A stretch of 64,000 nucleotides of DNA from an uncultured Gammaproteobacteria bacterium (GCA_964535655.1 CAZHTP010000003.1:131396-195395), one strand, 5' to 3'; numbered from the stretch's first letter, positions 51,712-60,777 are shown. Notes: generated by a model not told the origin, from the sequence alone. Made by a program: numbers and translations.

Positions 51712-54700
51712 TTACTCTTTCCTGAATTTTCTTTTTAATCCTTCCCATATATTTTTAGTTGTATTTGCATTTATTTTTATGGCAGCAATTATTAAACCTA
51801 AGCAAAGTACCACACTGGCAACACTTACAACAGCTTTTATTTTTGAACTTTGACTATTGGCAGGTAAACCAATCCAAGTAGAATTATTTTCTACTCGTAC
51901 TGGGTCTTTGCTGATAGTAATTGTTTCAGCAACTGATCTTCCATAAACTTCCGGAGCGTACATGAGTGAGGCAGTGGCAGGTGGCACTGAAAAGTTTCCT
52001 TCCGATACTACTCGAGCTTTGTAGGTAAACTTATTTTTCCCGGCAGTAATATTGTACACATTAAAAATTATGCCATTGAGCGTCATTTCTCGATCAGAAT
52101 TGTACATTGGGTTGTACGAATAAAGATCTTCTTCACGAGAAGCTACTCCTTGTTCGTTAAGGAATCGCTCGTTAATAGGCACCATCCCCGCTGGTAATTC
52201 ATCTTGTACAACGGCATAATTATTTTCACTGTTTATACCACTTACTGCTATTGTTACTCGAACGATATCCCCCGGTTTAAAAGAATATCCTGGGTTTGTC
52301 ACATTAGTATATGTTCTACCGACTGTTAAGGGATGGTTTACAGCTTTTGCATTTTGATCGGTATGATATTGATCGGCAACGAGCGTTGCATACATTGGCC
52401 CATTATTTTCAGCTTTAATTTCAATCTGCGGTACTGAATCCTTAAGTGGAATATTAATATCCTTAATTTTTTGAGCAGGGCTAGAAATTGTTCCACTGGC
52501 TACTACTTTATTATCTACTAGCACCGAATATCCATACTCAGAATTGGTTGTATTTTCGTATTGAGAAAAATCCGACAAAGCTCGGATAATCTGTGCTGTG
52601 GCAAAGGTGTTGGACCAATAATAATTGTTTCTTGTTTGCGTTAAGTACCTTACTGCTTTAGTCACTATGGAGGTGTCCCCTTTTGCTGTAAGAATGGCAT
52701 GAATAGCCATAGCTGTTGATGCATTGATTGAGCCAAAATGCTTTTTATCTCCAGCTGCCCAGAATAAGGAGTCTCCTTGCTGCTTGGCACTCGCGTAGAG
52801 CGAATTTAGTCCGTTGGTTTGAGGATTGGTGAATCCGTTTAAGGTATTGGCGAGTACTCCAAGGGCAATAATATCTGGGGTTTGAGACTGGAAATTGTAT
52901 TGGGTTAGTTCGCCCTTATTTTTTGTTGCTCCGGCAACAGTACTTGCATAGGTCTTAGATATCGTTTGATCAATGGTATATGGAATGTCTACAACTTTTC
53001 CAATAATTGAATCATAATAATTGGTTCCGGTAGAATCTAAGAAATATTTTGCCTTAGTGAGCATCGTGTCATCAACCGTAACCCCCAGTTGCTTTGCTTT
53101 CATGAGATATTCTATTACATACCCGGTGACAAAATAATCTGGTTTTGAATCGTACCACCAACTCCATCCTCCATTTGCAAGTTGAAGCATCTCTAAACGT
53201 GTTACACCTTTTGCCAGAATATCGTCGATGTCTTTACCTTCTAATGCATCTTTAAATAAGGCAGGATTAGACTTAGCAATTACTGCTGGGACAAATCTAC
53301 TTGTGGTCTGCTCAACGCAACCATACGGATAGTCTATTAGGTATTTGGCGCCACTTGGTACTGTTCCTACTAGACTTGGGGAAAGAGACAGGGTTAGCTT
53401 TGACTTACTTACATCTAAATCTTTTCCTAATACCGGAGTTAGTTTCCCTGGACTATTTGCAATTTGGCCGGTTTTTTCCAGAAAACTAAATGCTTGAACT
53501 GGAATTTCTGAAATTATTGTGTCGCTCAATTCTGCATTGTTTTTTTGGATTGCAGAGAATGTTAATTTGGATTTAAGATTCTCTTTATCTGGAGAAACTT
53601 CCCAGAAAAATTCTTTTCGTTCGTTAGCAAGTAGCGTTTGTTCTGGATACATTGCCTTAGTAAGTGACCCGGAATCGAAGCTTAACCCAACATCAACTGT
53701 TTGGGGCGCGTCGGTAAAGTTTTCGACAAACGCAGCAAGAACGGCTTTGTCACCTACACGCAAAATATTGGGTACAATGGGTCGTACTACAATGTCTTTG
53801 GTTACTCTTATTTCGGCAGTAGATTGCCCAACTTTTGCATCGTCGGTATTGCTTACTGCCGCTACGACCCAAGTTGTTAAATTATCTGGTAATTTAAAGG
53901 AAACTTTTGCTTTACCAGTACTGTCGGTATAAATACGAGGGTTCCAATAGGCAGTATCTTTAAATACGCTTCGTACCGACCCGCCGTCACCTTTTTGATT
54001 ATGTACCCAAATATTGTTGGCAAAAAATGTATGATATTTCTCGACTTCGAGATTATATACATCTTGCGTGCTAGCTTGGTATTCAATGGAGTTTACTATC
54101 TCTGTACTTCCGTCGGAATGAACTAGCGTATCGCCAATAGTGATACTACCTGCTGGTTTCCATGAAGTATTAACTGCAACAATGTGATCGGGGGTAACAT
54201 ACAAATTACTATTTAGAATTATTAAATCAGTGTCTTTAGCGATGTGCGTGGCTGTTACTTGTGCTGCAATAAGTTGCTTATCTGTAGGGCTAACTCGTGT
54301 CAAAATTTTATCGCCTGCTTTGATATCTTCAATATTCCTGGTCTGACCATTGGCCATTAATACTTTTGTACCTTTGGCAAAACATCCACCGCCACCCCCA
54401 AAAGGGTCACTGATAATTCCTTCGAGTGAGTGATCAGTTCGCGTTGCATCGTATCTTTCTGACCAGAACGTACTGTGGATATCTCCAAGTGTTGAAGTAC
54501 TTAATTCGAAGATTGCCTTATCCACGCTCCACAGCGCAGTCTCAGCGGCTATAGGTGTTCCCCTATAATCTGTCGTTTGGACAGTTACACTGACTGTATC
54601 TCCTGGACCATAGCTTTGGCGATCGGGAAGTACTTTGACCATGACTTTTTTAACAGCGGTATTAAGTGGGATTTTTATTCTGCTGTTGTTTAGATCATTG

Positions 54701-56838
54701 AGATTAAAGCTTAGCGCCTCAAGATACAGATTAGGTAAATCGGAGTCCTGGAGGGGAAGCTCAACATTTGCGGATGTTCCATTGAGGTGTACCACTTGAT
54801 ACCGATGTACATACTTTCTCTGAAAAGATAAGAATACGTCACGATCGGGAATTTTTGATGTAATAGCAAGCTGAACCGTGTCTGTTGGAAGATATTTCTC
54901 TTTATCTATACTTAGCGTTAGATTTTGTTCTGATGAGTTTTCCGTGTATATTGGTTCACCTTCTTTTCGAGCGTAATAATAAAATGAATTTGTTACATTG
55001 TTTCCGCGTGCGTCCTGGGTTGAAACGCCGATAGTATATGATCCACTTTTATTGGGTGTGAAATTGATACTGGCTTTGCCATTGCTATCTGAGATGGTTG
55101 ATGTCATAGGATAATCTTCGCTATCTTTTCGAAAGGAAGTATATTTTTTATCTGGTTCCTGATAAGGAATCCAAGTTTCACGATGGATGCGAACTATTAA
55201 CTTTATTCCACTTACTGTTCCGTTACCAATATGTTTGGCTAAAATGACTGGTAGTGATACCGGTGAATTAACCGTCGTGCTGTACGAATTATCTGTTCGA
55301 TAGATGCCGAATTCTCCGGGATAGACGAGTACATTTTTTCGCGCGAACGTAGAGGGCTGAGTTTTATCTGCGAGGCTTACTTCTATTCCAAATATTTTAC
55401 TTTTTCCGTCCGTAATTTGCCCTTTAGTTGCAACCGCTACTTTTGACTCACCATTTGCATCAAGCTTTGAAGTACTCTTTAGGATATCTTTACCTGACCA
55501 ATATCCGTACCGGTACGTGCTGTCTACATTACTGCCGGCATCAGAATAATAGCTGTAATCCCCGTAATCTGAAGCATTGATTTTATAATTAAGTAATTCT
55601 TTGGATAGTGGTTGTCCTGAAAAAAATAATCCTTTTAAGGTGAATGCTACGGTATCTCCTTGAATAAGTTCGGTAATGGGAGCTGCGATATCTAAGAAAT
55701 ATTCTGGTTTTTTGTAGAAATCTACTTGAATTGGAGTGCTACTTTCGTAATTGTAGGTGGTGTGATCGGTGCTTAATGACACCGAGACCATATAGTCTCC
55801 CGTTGCTACGTTTTTTGGTAGAGGGATTTGACCGAATACTGCACCTCTATCAACTGGGAAGATTTTATCGAAAACTGGGCTTTCCTCACTGTACGATTTT
55901 GTAATTTTTACTCGAGCTGTCCCCGTAGAGGCGGAATACATGGCATCATCATCATCGCGAATAATTGCCTTAAAATTGACCGCATCACCCGGTTTATATA
56001 ATGGTCTATCGGTAAAAACAAAATATTTTGTTGTTGGCTGTGATTTACTATATGAAATATAATTATAGTTCAGATTAAGATATTGCATGTTTAATGGGAT
56101 TAACGCGACATCGCCATCCACTTCAGCAAGGGCAATATCTGCGCCCGGAGTAATCTCAGCCTTCCCTACGCCTGAACTATCGAAGGTGCCACTTGAAGAT
56201 ACCGCTATTTGGTCTTTTAGGTTGTAGACTTTGATCGTCCCTGAATTTATACTCCGCTTAGTTTTAAAGCTTTGCCCCCAGAATAAGAACTCGTTCTTAG
56301 AATCTTTTACCGTTACTCCATATGTTGAACGTACAATCATTGCATCATGAAAGATATTCCCTGAGATGATGCGTACAAAATAAATCCCTCTCTCCGCTAA
56401 AGGAAGACTAACTTTTGTTCCATTTGTAAGATCCTGAGAGAAATTACTGATACGATTTAACTGTGATACGTCGGAGGTCGGATTTAATTGATTGGAATCT
56501 TTATCGTGGGTAAGATATTTTAATAGATAGTTTGTATCCGCCTCGTAGACAGAAATTTCTACCGACTTTTGGTTAGTTTGATCATTGATACTGATTGCTG
56601 GCTCCTGCGTGGAGTTCATTGATATTACCGAACCGCCAGAGAATTTACTTTTCTCAGCGGGAATCGTGACAGTATCGACGCGGCTTTCCCCCCACCAGCC
56701 TAAGACACTACTGCGAATGTAGAAGATGTTAAGTGCCGAGCAAGTAGCGAGCATAATTGCAAGCGCGGCTAGTGCTCCTGAAGTGTACAAAAGTGACTTA
56801 TTTGTCCATTTATTTTTGCGTGTTTTTCCTTTAACCAT
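51712..56838 (-). CDS. Alpha-2-macroglobulin (thioester protein) with Hint-domain insertion and N- and C-terminal hydrophobic anchors
   Basis: FTDRPLYKPGD, YKKPEY, SVDKAIF, VRSVFKDTAYWNP, LPDNLTTW, YPYGCVEQ, DELPAG, MYAPEVYGRS. Confidence 0.95.
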   Translation of the reverse strand: MVKGKTRKNKWTNKSLLYTSGALAALAIMLATCSALNIFYIRSSVLGWWGESRVDTVTIPAEKSKFSGGSVISMNSTQEPAISINDQTNQKSVEISVYEADTNYLLKYLTHDKDSNQLNPTSDVSQLNRISNFSQDLTNGTKVSLPLAERGIYFVRIISGNIFHDAMIVRSTYGVTVKDSKNEFLFWGQSFKTKRSINSGTIKVYNLKDQIAVSSSGTFDSSGVGKAEITPGADIALAEVDGDVALIPLNMQYLNLNYNYISYSKSQPTTKYFVFTDRPLYKPGDAVNFKAIIRDDDDAMYSASTGTARVKITKSYSEESPVFDKIFPVDRGAVFGQIPLPKNVATGDYMVSVSLSTDHTTYNYESSTPIQVDFYKKPEYFLDIAAPITELIQGDTVAFTLKGLFFSGQPLSKELLNYKINASDYGDYSYYSDAGSNVDSTYRYGYWSGKDILKSTSKLDANGESKVAVATKGQITDGKSKIFGIEVSLADKTQPSTFARKNVLVYPGEFGIYRTDNSYSTTVNSPVSLPVILAKHIGNGTVSGIKLIVRIHRETWIPYQEPDKKYTSFRKDSEDYPMTSTISDSNGKASINFTPNKSGSYTIGVSTQDARGNNVTNSFYYYARKEGEPIYTENSSEQNLTLSIDKEKYLPTDTVQLAITSKIPDRDVFLSFQRKYVHRYQVVHLNGTSANVELPLQDSDLPNLYLEALSFNLNDLNNSRIKIPLNTAVKKVMVKVLPDRQSYGPGDTVSVTVQTTDYRGTPIAAETALWSVDKAIFELSTSTLGDIHSTFWSERYDATRTDHSLEGIISDPFGGGGGCFAKGTKVLMANGQTRNIEDIKAGDKILTRVSPTDKQLIAAQVTATHIAKDTDLIILNSNLYVTPDHIVAVNTSWKPAGSITIGDTLVHSDGSTEIVNSIEYQASTQDVYNLEVEKYHTFFANNIWVHNQKGDGGSVRSVFKDTAYWNPRIYTDSTGKAKVSFKLPDNLTTWVVAAVSNTDDAKVGQSTAEIRVTKDIVVRPIVPNILRVGDKAVLAAFVENFTDAPQTVDVGLSFDSGSLTKAMYPEQTLLANERKEFFWEVSPDKENLKSKLTFSAIQKNNAELSDTIISEIPVQAFSFLEKTGQIANSPGKLTPVLGKDLDVSKSKLTLSLSPSLVGTVPSGAKYLIDYPYGCVEQTTSRFVPAVIAKSNPALFKDALEGKDIDDILAKGVTRLEMLQLANGGWSWWYDSKPDYFVTGYVIEYLMKAKQLGVTVDDTMLTKAKYFLDSTGTNYYDSIIGKVVDIPYTIDQTISKTYASTVAGATKNKGELTQYNFQSQTPDIIALGVLANTLNGFTNPQTNGLNSLYASAKQQGDSLFWAAGDKKHFGSINASTAMAIHAILTAKGDTSIVTKAVRYLTQTRNNYYWSNTFATAQIIRALSDFSQYENTTNSEYGYSVLVDNKVVASGTISSPAQKIKDINIPLKDSVPQIEIKAENNGPMYATLVADQYHTDQNAKAVNHPLTVGRTYTNVTNPGYSFKPGDIVRVTIAVSGINSENNYAVVQDELPAGMVPINERFLNEQGVASREEDLYSYNPMYNSDREMTLNGIIFNVYNITAGKNKFTYKARVVSEGNFSVPPATASLMYAPEVYGRSVAETITISKDPVRVENNSTWIGLPANSQSSKIKAVVSVASVVLCLGLIIAAIKINANTTKNIWEGLKRKFRKE
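53308..53319 (-). other. Thioester motif CVEQ of the alpha-2-macroglobulin (Cys1174)
   Basis: TGC GTT GAG CAG within YPYGCVEQTTS. Confidence 0.95.
53998..54384 (-). other. Hint/bacterial intein-like domain (129 aa, residues 819-947), no homing endonuclease
   Basis: Block A CFAKGTKVLMANG, block B VTPDH, block F VYNLEVEKYHTFFAN, block G IWVHN; +1 residue is Gln. Confidence 0.93.
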
Positions 56839-56888
56839 AGACTCTGTTTAACTATGACAGGTGCTTAAACGTAGTGCAATACCTATTT

Positions 56889-57596
56889 TTATTGCGGTGA
56901 TGCTCCGAAGAATCTGGCAATTTGAAATGCTATAAGTGCCGCACCAATGCCAATGGCGACCATCTGGATTCCTTGTTTTTTCCAATCTCCAACGAGCGTT
57001 ATAGCTTGATACGCCCCTACCCCAAATAGAGCTAGCGAGCTTATTCCTAAAGAGGTATAAAAAGCTGGTCCGTCTGTAAAAAAGAAATAGGGGAAAAGTG
57101 GAATTAACGAACCAATAATCGCTGCAAAACCAACGATAACAGACGTTTTTAATACATCTTTGATTTCAACTTTCTCTAAATGCAACTCTTCTTGCATCAT
57201 TGTGTCCAACCAGACATGCTCATTGGAGGTTATTTTTTCGACGACTTTTTCTAATAATTCGCCCTCAAAACCTTTAGCAATGTAAATATCCCGAATCTCT
57301 TGTTTTTCAATTTCAGGGAAATTTTTTATTTCATCGATCTCTCTTTGGCGTTCTTTAACATAATGATCTCTCTCAGATAAAAAGGAGGTATAGGCTACTG
57401 CAGCCATCGAAATTGATTCGGCGAATGCTGCGGCAAGCCCTGCAGCAATGAGAATTCTTTTATCTTCGGTTGCTGCGGCGACTCCTAAAACTACGCCAAG
57501 GACGTTAACAAGGCCGTCCTGACCTCCGAGTATTACATCGCGTAAGGCCGTTGAAGATTTATGTTGTTCAGGATGCGTTGGTGCTATTTTTGTCAT
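56889..57596 (-). CDS. VIT1/CCC1 family iron/manganese transporter
   Basis: LRDVILGGQDGLV, AESISMA, MMQEEL, IPLFPY; ATG 57596 lies 6 nt after TATAAT. Confidence 0.93.
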   Translation of the reverse strand: MTKIAPTHPEQHKSSTALRDVILGGQDGLVNVLGVVLGVAAATEDKRILIAAGLAAAFAESISMAAVAYTSFLSERDHYVKERQREIDEIKNFPEIEKQEIRDIYIAKGFEGELLEKVVEKITSNEHVWLDTMMQEELHLEKVEIKDVLKTSVIVGFAAIIGSLIPLFPYFFFTDGPAFYTSLGISSLALFGVGAYQAITLVGDWKKQGIQMVAIGIGAALIAFQIARFFGASPQ

Positions 57597-57628
57597 GGGT
57601 TCATTATATACCGCTTGAGCGATGGTTA

Positions 57629-57657
57629 TTGCAAGTAAGTAAATCACCGATTATGCT
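57629..57657 (+). promoter_or_regulatory. Sigma70-type promoter for the DUF2207 gene (leaderless)
   Basis: TTGCAA-17 nt-TATGCT-6 nt-ATG. Confidence 0.6.
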
Positions 57658-57663
57658 ATGGGC

Positions 57664-59508
57664 ATGAAAAAACCACTTATGCTTTTTATAACGCTTTTTA
57701 TGCTTGTCTTTCCTGGCACGGTTGAAGCGAAAAGTTATTATTTTCCTTCAGTTTCAATCGAAGCACATATTAATCGCGACCGAAGTATGGATGTAGTGGA
57801 AACTAGGACTGCATATTTTGACGGTACATATCACAATATATATTGGGATATGCCGTTTACTGTTTTCAAAAAACCGAATTCAGTATCTCTTTCAGAAGTA
57901 CGATCTGGTAGCGAAATTCCCTATGTTGACAAAGTTGGCGATGTTAGCCCTGGAACTTTTTCAGTAACTCGAGGTGCTGATATTCTTCATATAGAGGGAC
58001 ATTACGAAGCATACAATGAACAAAAGCAGTTTATACTTCATTACTCTGTCGAAGGCGCGGCCTCAAAATATGATGATGTCGGTGAATTGTACTGGAAAAT
58101 GATTGGCGACGGCTGGGGAGTAAAAACCAATTCAGTAACCGTACGTGTTTACTTACCTGAAAGTGTAGCGGCAAATCAGATATACGTATGGGGACATGGA
58201 CCACTAAATGCTCAAGCAAAGATTATTGACGGACAGATGACTGAATTTACTTCAACTGGACTTCCTGCCAATACTTTTTTTGAAATCCGCGAGCTATTTC
58301 CATCTACTTTACTTGATGGTACTGCGCAATCTGGTCAGCATTTAGAAACTATTATAGCTGAAGAAAAAGCCTTTCAGGATAAAACTACATTTCAAGCCTG
58401 GCTTGTGATAATTGGTATTTTGTCTTTGATAGGTATTCTGCTGGCATGGGGGGTGGGGTGGTATTTCCTATGGCTTAAATATGGCAAGGAATATAGCGCG
58501 AGTGATGTTCCTGAGCATGTAACTTTCCCGCCTAGTAAGCTTGCTCCTGCACTTGTTCAGCAGTTAGTAAATCAAGGGACAGCAGTTGATACTAATGCTT
58601 TTTCAGCAACCATACTTGACCTTGCAAGGCGCGGATTTATTAAAATTGAAGAATCACCGTATACTAAGGAATCTTTTTTACATTTAAATGACACTACCGC
58701 ATTTCGTTATACCTTACATGAACAGGAAGATGCAGTTGAAAAAAGCAGGAATGAATTTTATCCATTTGAACATTCCTTACTTGGGTATATTTTTATGCGA
58801 GGTCCGGTTGTAGATATGGATACGATTCAAAAAGAGATGAAAGATGATCCCCGGGCAACTAAAGCTTTCTTTGATTCATGGAAGAAAATGGTTGAGGATT
58901 CGTCAGATCAAAATGCGTTTATTGAACCGCAGAGCAAAAATGTGCGGATGATTTTTTCAGTTTCAACAGTTGCGCTTATACTAGTAGTTATTTTTCTGTT
59001 TTTCTGGAAATCATTACTTGCATCGGGTGCGATCTTTCATTTTCTATTGTTTGGAGCATTCCTAGTATCTGTACCGGTGGGTTTTATTGGCAAGCTTTTC
59101 TTGCGCTGGGATAAGGTGTCGCGAAGGGAGGCTGCTGAGTGGACAGGGTTTTCTAATTATTTACGTGATTTTGGTCATTTTAAAGATACGGTTCCCCAGG
59201 CAGTGATCATTTGGGAAGACTTTTTGGTATACGGCACAGCTTTGGGGTTAGCGCAAAAAGTCTCAGGATATTTGCCTATGATTCTTGCTGCTGATCCACA
59301 AGCCGTGCATCCGGTCTGGTTTTATTCAAGTGCTGGCTCTAGTGGTGGTTCAATTGGAGATTTTAATGCTAATTTTGCGACAAGCATTTCGAATAGCTTT
59401 GGCTCTTTTTCTACCGCTATGAATTCTTCCTTCAGTACTGGTTCGGGAGGAGGATTCTCGGGTGGTGGAGGTGGCGGCGGCGGCGGTGGTGGTGGTGGCG
59501 CGAGTTAG
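57664..59508 (+). CDS. DUF2207 family membrane protein
   Basis: Signal peptide, ELYWKMIG..W, WGHGP, ATILDLARRG, WEDFLVYGTALG, terminal GGGFSGGGGGGGGGGG. Confidence 0.92.
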   Translation: MKKPLMLFITLFMLVFPGTVEAKSYYFPSVSIEAHINRDRSMDVVETRTAYFDGTYHNIYWDMPFTVFKKPNSVSLSEVRSGSEIPYVDKVGDVSPGTFSVTRGADILHIEGHYEAYNEQKQFILHYSVEGAASKYDDVGELYWKMIGDGWGVKTNSVTVRVYLPESVAANQIYVWGHGPLNAQAKIIDGQMTEFTSTGLPANTFFEIRELFPSTLLDGTAQSGQHLETIIAEEKAFQDKTTFQAWLVIIGILSLIGILLAWGVGWYFLWLKYGKEYSASDVPEHVTFPPSKLAPALVQQLVNQGTAVDTNAFSATILDLARRGFIKIEESPYTKESFLHLNDTTAFRYTLHEQEDAVEKSRNEFYPFEHSLLGYIFMRGPVVDMDTIQKEMKDDPRATKAFFDSWKKMVEDSSDQNAFIEPQSKNVRMIFSVSTVALILVVIFLFFWKSLLASGAIFHFLLFGAFLVSVPVGFIGKLFLRWDKVSRREAAEWTGFSNYLRDFGHFKDTVPQAVIIWEDFLVYGTALGLAQKVSGYLPMILAADPQAVHPVWFYSSAGSSGGSIGDFNANFATSISNSFGSFSTAMNSSFSTGSGGGFSGGGGGGGGGGGGGAS

Positions 59509-59517
59509 CTTCTCGTA

Positions 59518-59861
59518 TTAACTCGCTTTTAACTTTTCATCGACTAAAATCTCGATACGATCCGGGGTCATAACTTTATCGTTTCTAATGAGCAGCACAC
59601 GATCTAAAATAATGTTGTCGACTTTAATAAGAGGTAACTGTTTTAATGTTTGTAGTTCTTCGATTGTAGGTGATTTAATAAATCTACTTAACGATATGTA
59701 ATTTGTTTCATAATATATTAGCGGTACAAACGGTTTAATTTCTAATGCCTTCCAAACTTCCGTAGCCCGTTCTTTTAATCTCGCAATAAGACCATCTTCT
59801 TCGGAAAAGAAAACTCCCCTTAATGCAGGGGAATTCCTTTATTAGACGACGCAGATTCCAT
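59518..59861 (-). pseudogene. Gene remnant, possibly the C-terminal half of a 2H-phosphoesterase-like protein
   Basis: Promoter TGaTAAAAT-6 nt-ATG (MESASSNK..*), then a ~105-codon startless frame in another phase (..YISLSRF..ILDRVLLIRND..). Confidence 0.35.
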
Positions 59862-59930
59862 GGAAGTATTTTATCATGTAACTTACCTTCTTATTATTCA
59901 ATTCTCATTCTTTGCTCATGGAGTCTGCGT
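59849..59930. repeat. Inverted repeat, 14-bp arms (13/14 match), 54-bp spacer
   Basis: ACGCAGATTCCATG (59849-59862) and CATGGAGTCTGCGT (59917-59930). Confidence 0.6.
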
Positions 59931-60155
59931 ACCAAGATGCTCCGTGGCTGAAAGAACTTCAGCAAAATTTGATTACGGCTTCTTAATCACTTCTGATCTT
60001 AAATGCCACAGTTTTTTCTCCTATTCTTTGGATTTACAACCCGCTTCTTTGTGTGTTTATATTAGGGTGTTAGCGCGCTACCACTTCCCTATTTTTTATT
60101 TCTACCGATTCTTAAGATGTAATCTTTAAGGAGCGGCAGAGAGAGGAGTGTTCGT

Positions 60156-60767
60156 ATGTCGAGTGAATTACTGCCTACCAACTCTTGGACCTTTCCGTTG
60201 ATGCGATTTACGAGCCTTGCTGATGATACGAGTTGGCTACAACAAAGTACGGTTCCCTCTGGTTTATCTATAACTGAAGATGACGAGTATGTGTATGTAG
60301 ATGCGGCCTTGCCTGGAGTAAAAACAAATGATATTGAAATTTCATTTCATAATGGTGTGCTTCGCGTAACAGGTGAAGTGCAAGAAGAAGAGAAGAAAAA
60401 ACGTAAGAGTTACCATAAAATGACTTCATCATTTTCTTACCAAGTGGCGGTACCTGGTGAAGTGGATTTAAATGCAGACCCTGAGGCTATGTGTAGCGAT
60501 GGAGTTTTGACCGTTATATTTCCTAAAGTAAAGGCTGCAGCGCCGAAAAAGATTGTAATTAGTTCTAAACTTTCGGCTAAATCTAAAAAAGCTACTGAAG
60601 AGAAGGTTGAAAAACCTGAGGAAAAGGAAGAAGTAAAAGTAAGTAAGAAAGAAGCACCGACTTTGGAAGAGAACACCATTCCAGAAACGTTAACTCATGA
60701 TGAGGAAATACCTGAAGTAACTGATGAACTGGATGAAGAGGTGGAAAGCGAGGTAGCTGAAAAATAA
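60156..60767 (+). CDS. Hsp20/alpha-crystallin small heat-shock protein with long acidic C-terminal tail
   Basis: ITEDDEYVYVDAALPGV, NGVLRVTGE, DGVLTVIFPK, KKIVI; strong SD GAGAGGAG. Confidence 0.92.
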   Translation: MSSELLPTNSWTFPLMRFTSLADDTSWLQQSTVPSGLSITEDDEYVYVDAALPGVKTNDIEISFHNGVLRVTGEVQEEEKKKRKSYHKMTSSFSYQVAVPGEVDLNADPEAMCSDGVLTVIFPKVKAAAPKKIVISSKLSAKSKKATEEKVEKPEEKEEVKVSKKEAPTLEENTIPETLTHDEEIPEVTDELDEEVESEVAEK

Positions 60768-60777
60768 CGGGTGGTTT

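Noticed and set aside
53998-54384. Canonical mobile intein in the A2M
   Set aside because: No LAGLIDADG/HNH endonuclease and the +1 residue is Gln rather than Cys/Ser/Thr, so it is treated as a BIL/Hint domain.
59440-59502. GGT/GGC tandem repeat
   Set aside because: It is the normal poly-Gly tail of DUF2207 proteins.
59860-60129. 89-aa plus-strand ORF upstream of hsp20
   Set aside because: No motif, F/Y/C-rich composition typical of AT-rich noncoding DNA, and it overlaps promoter elements.
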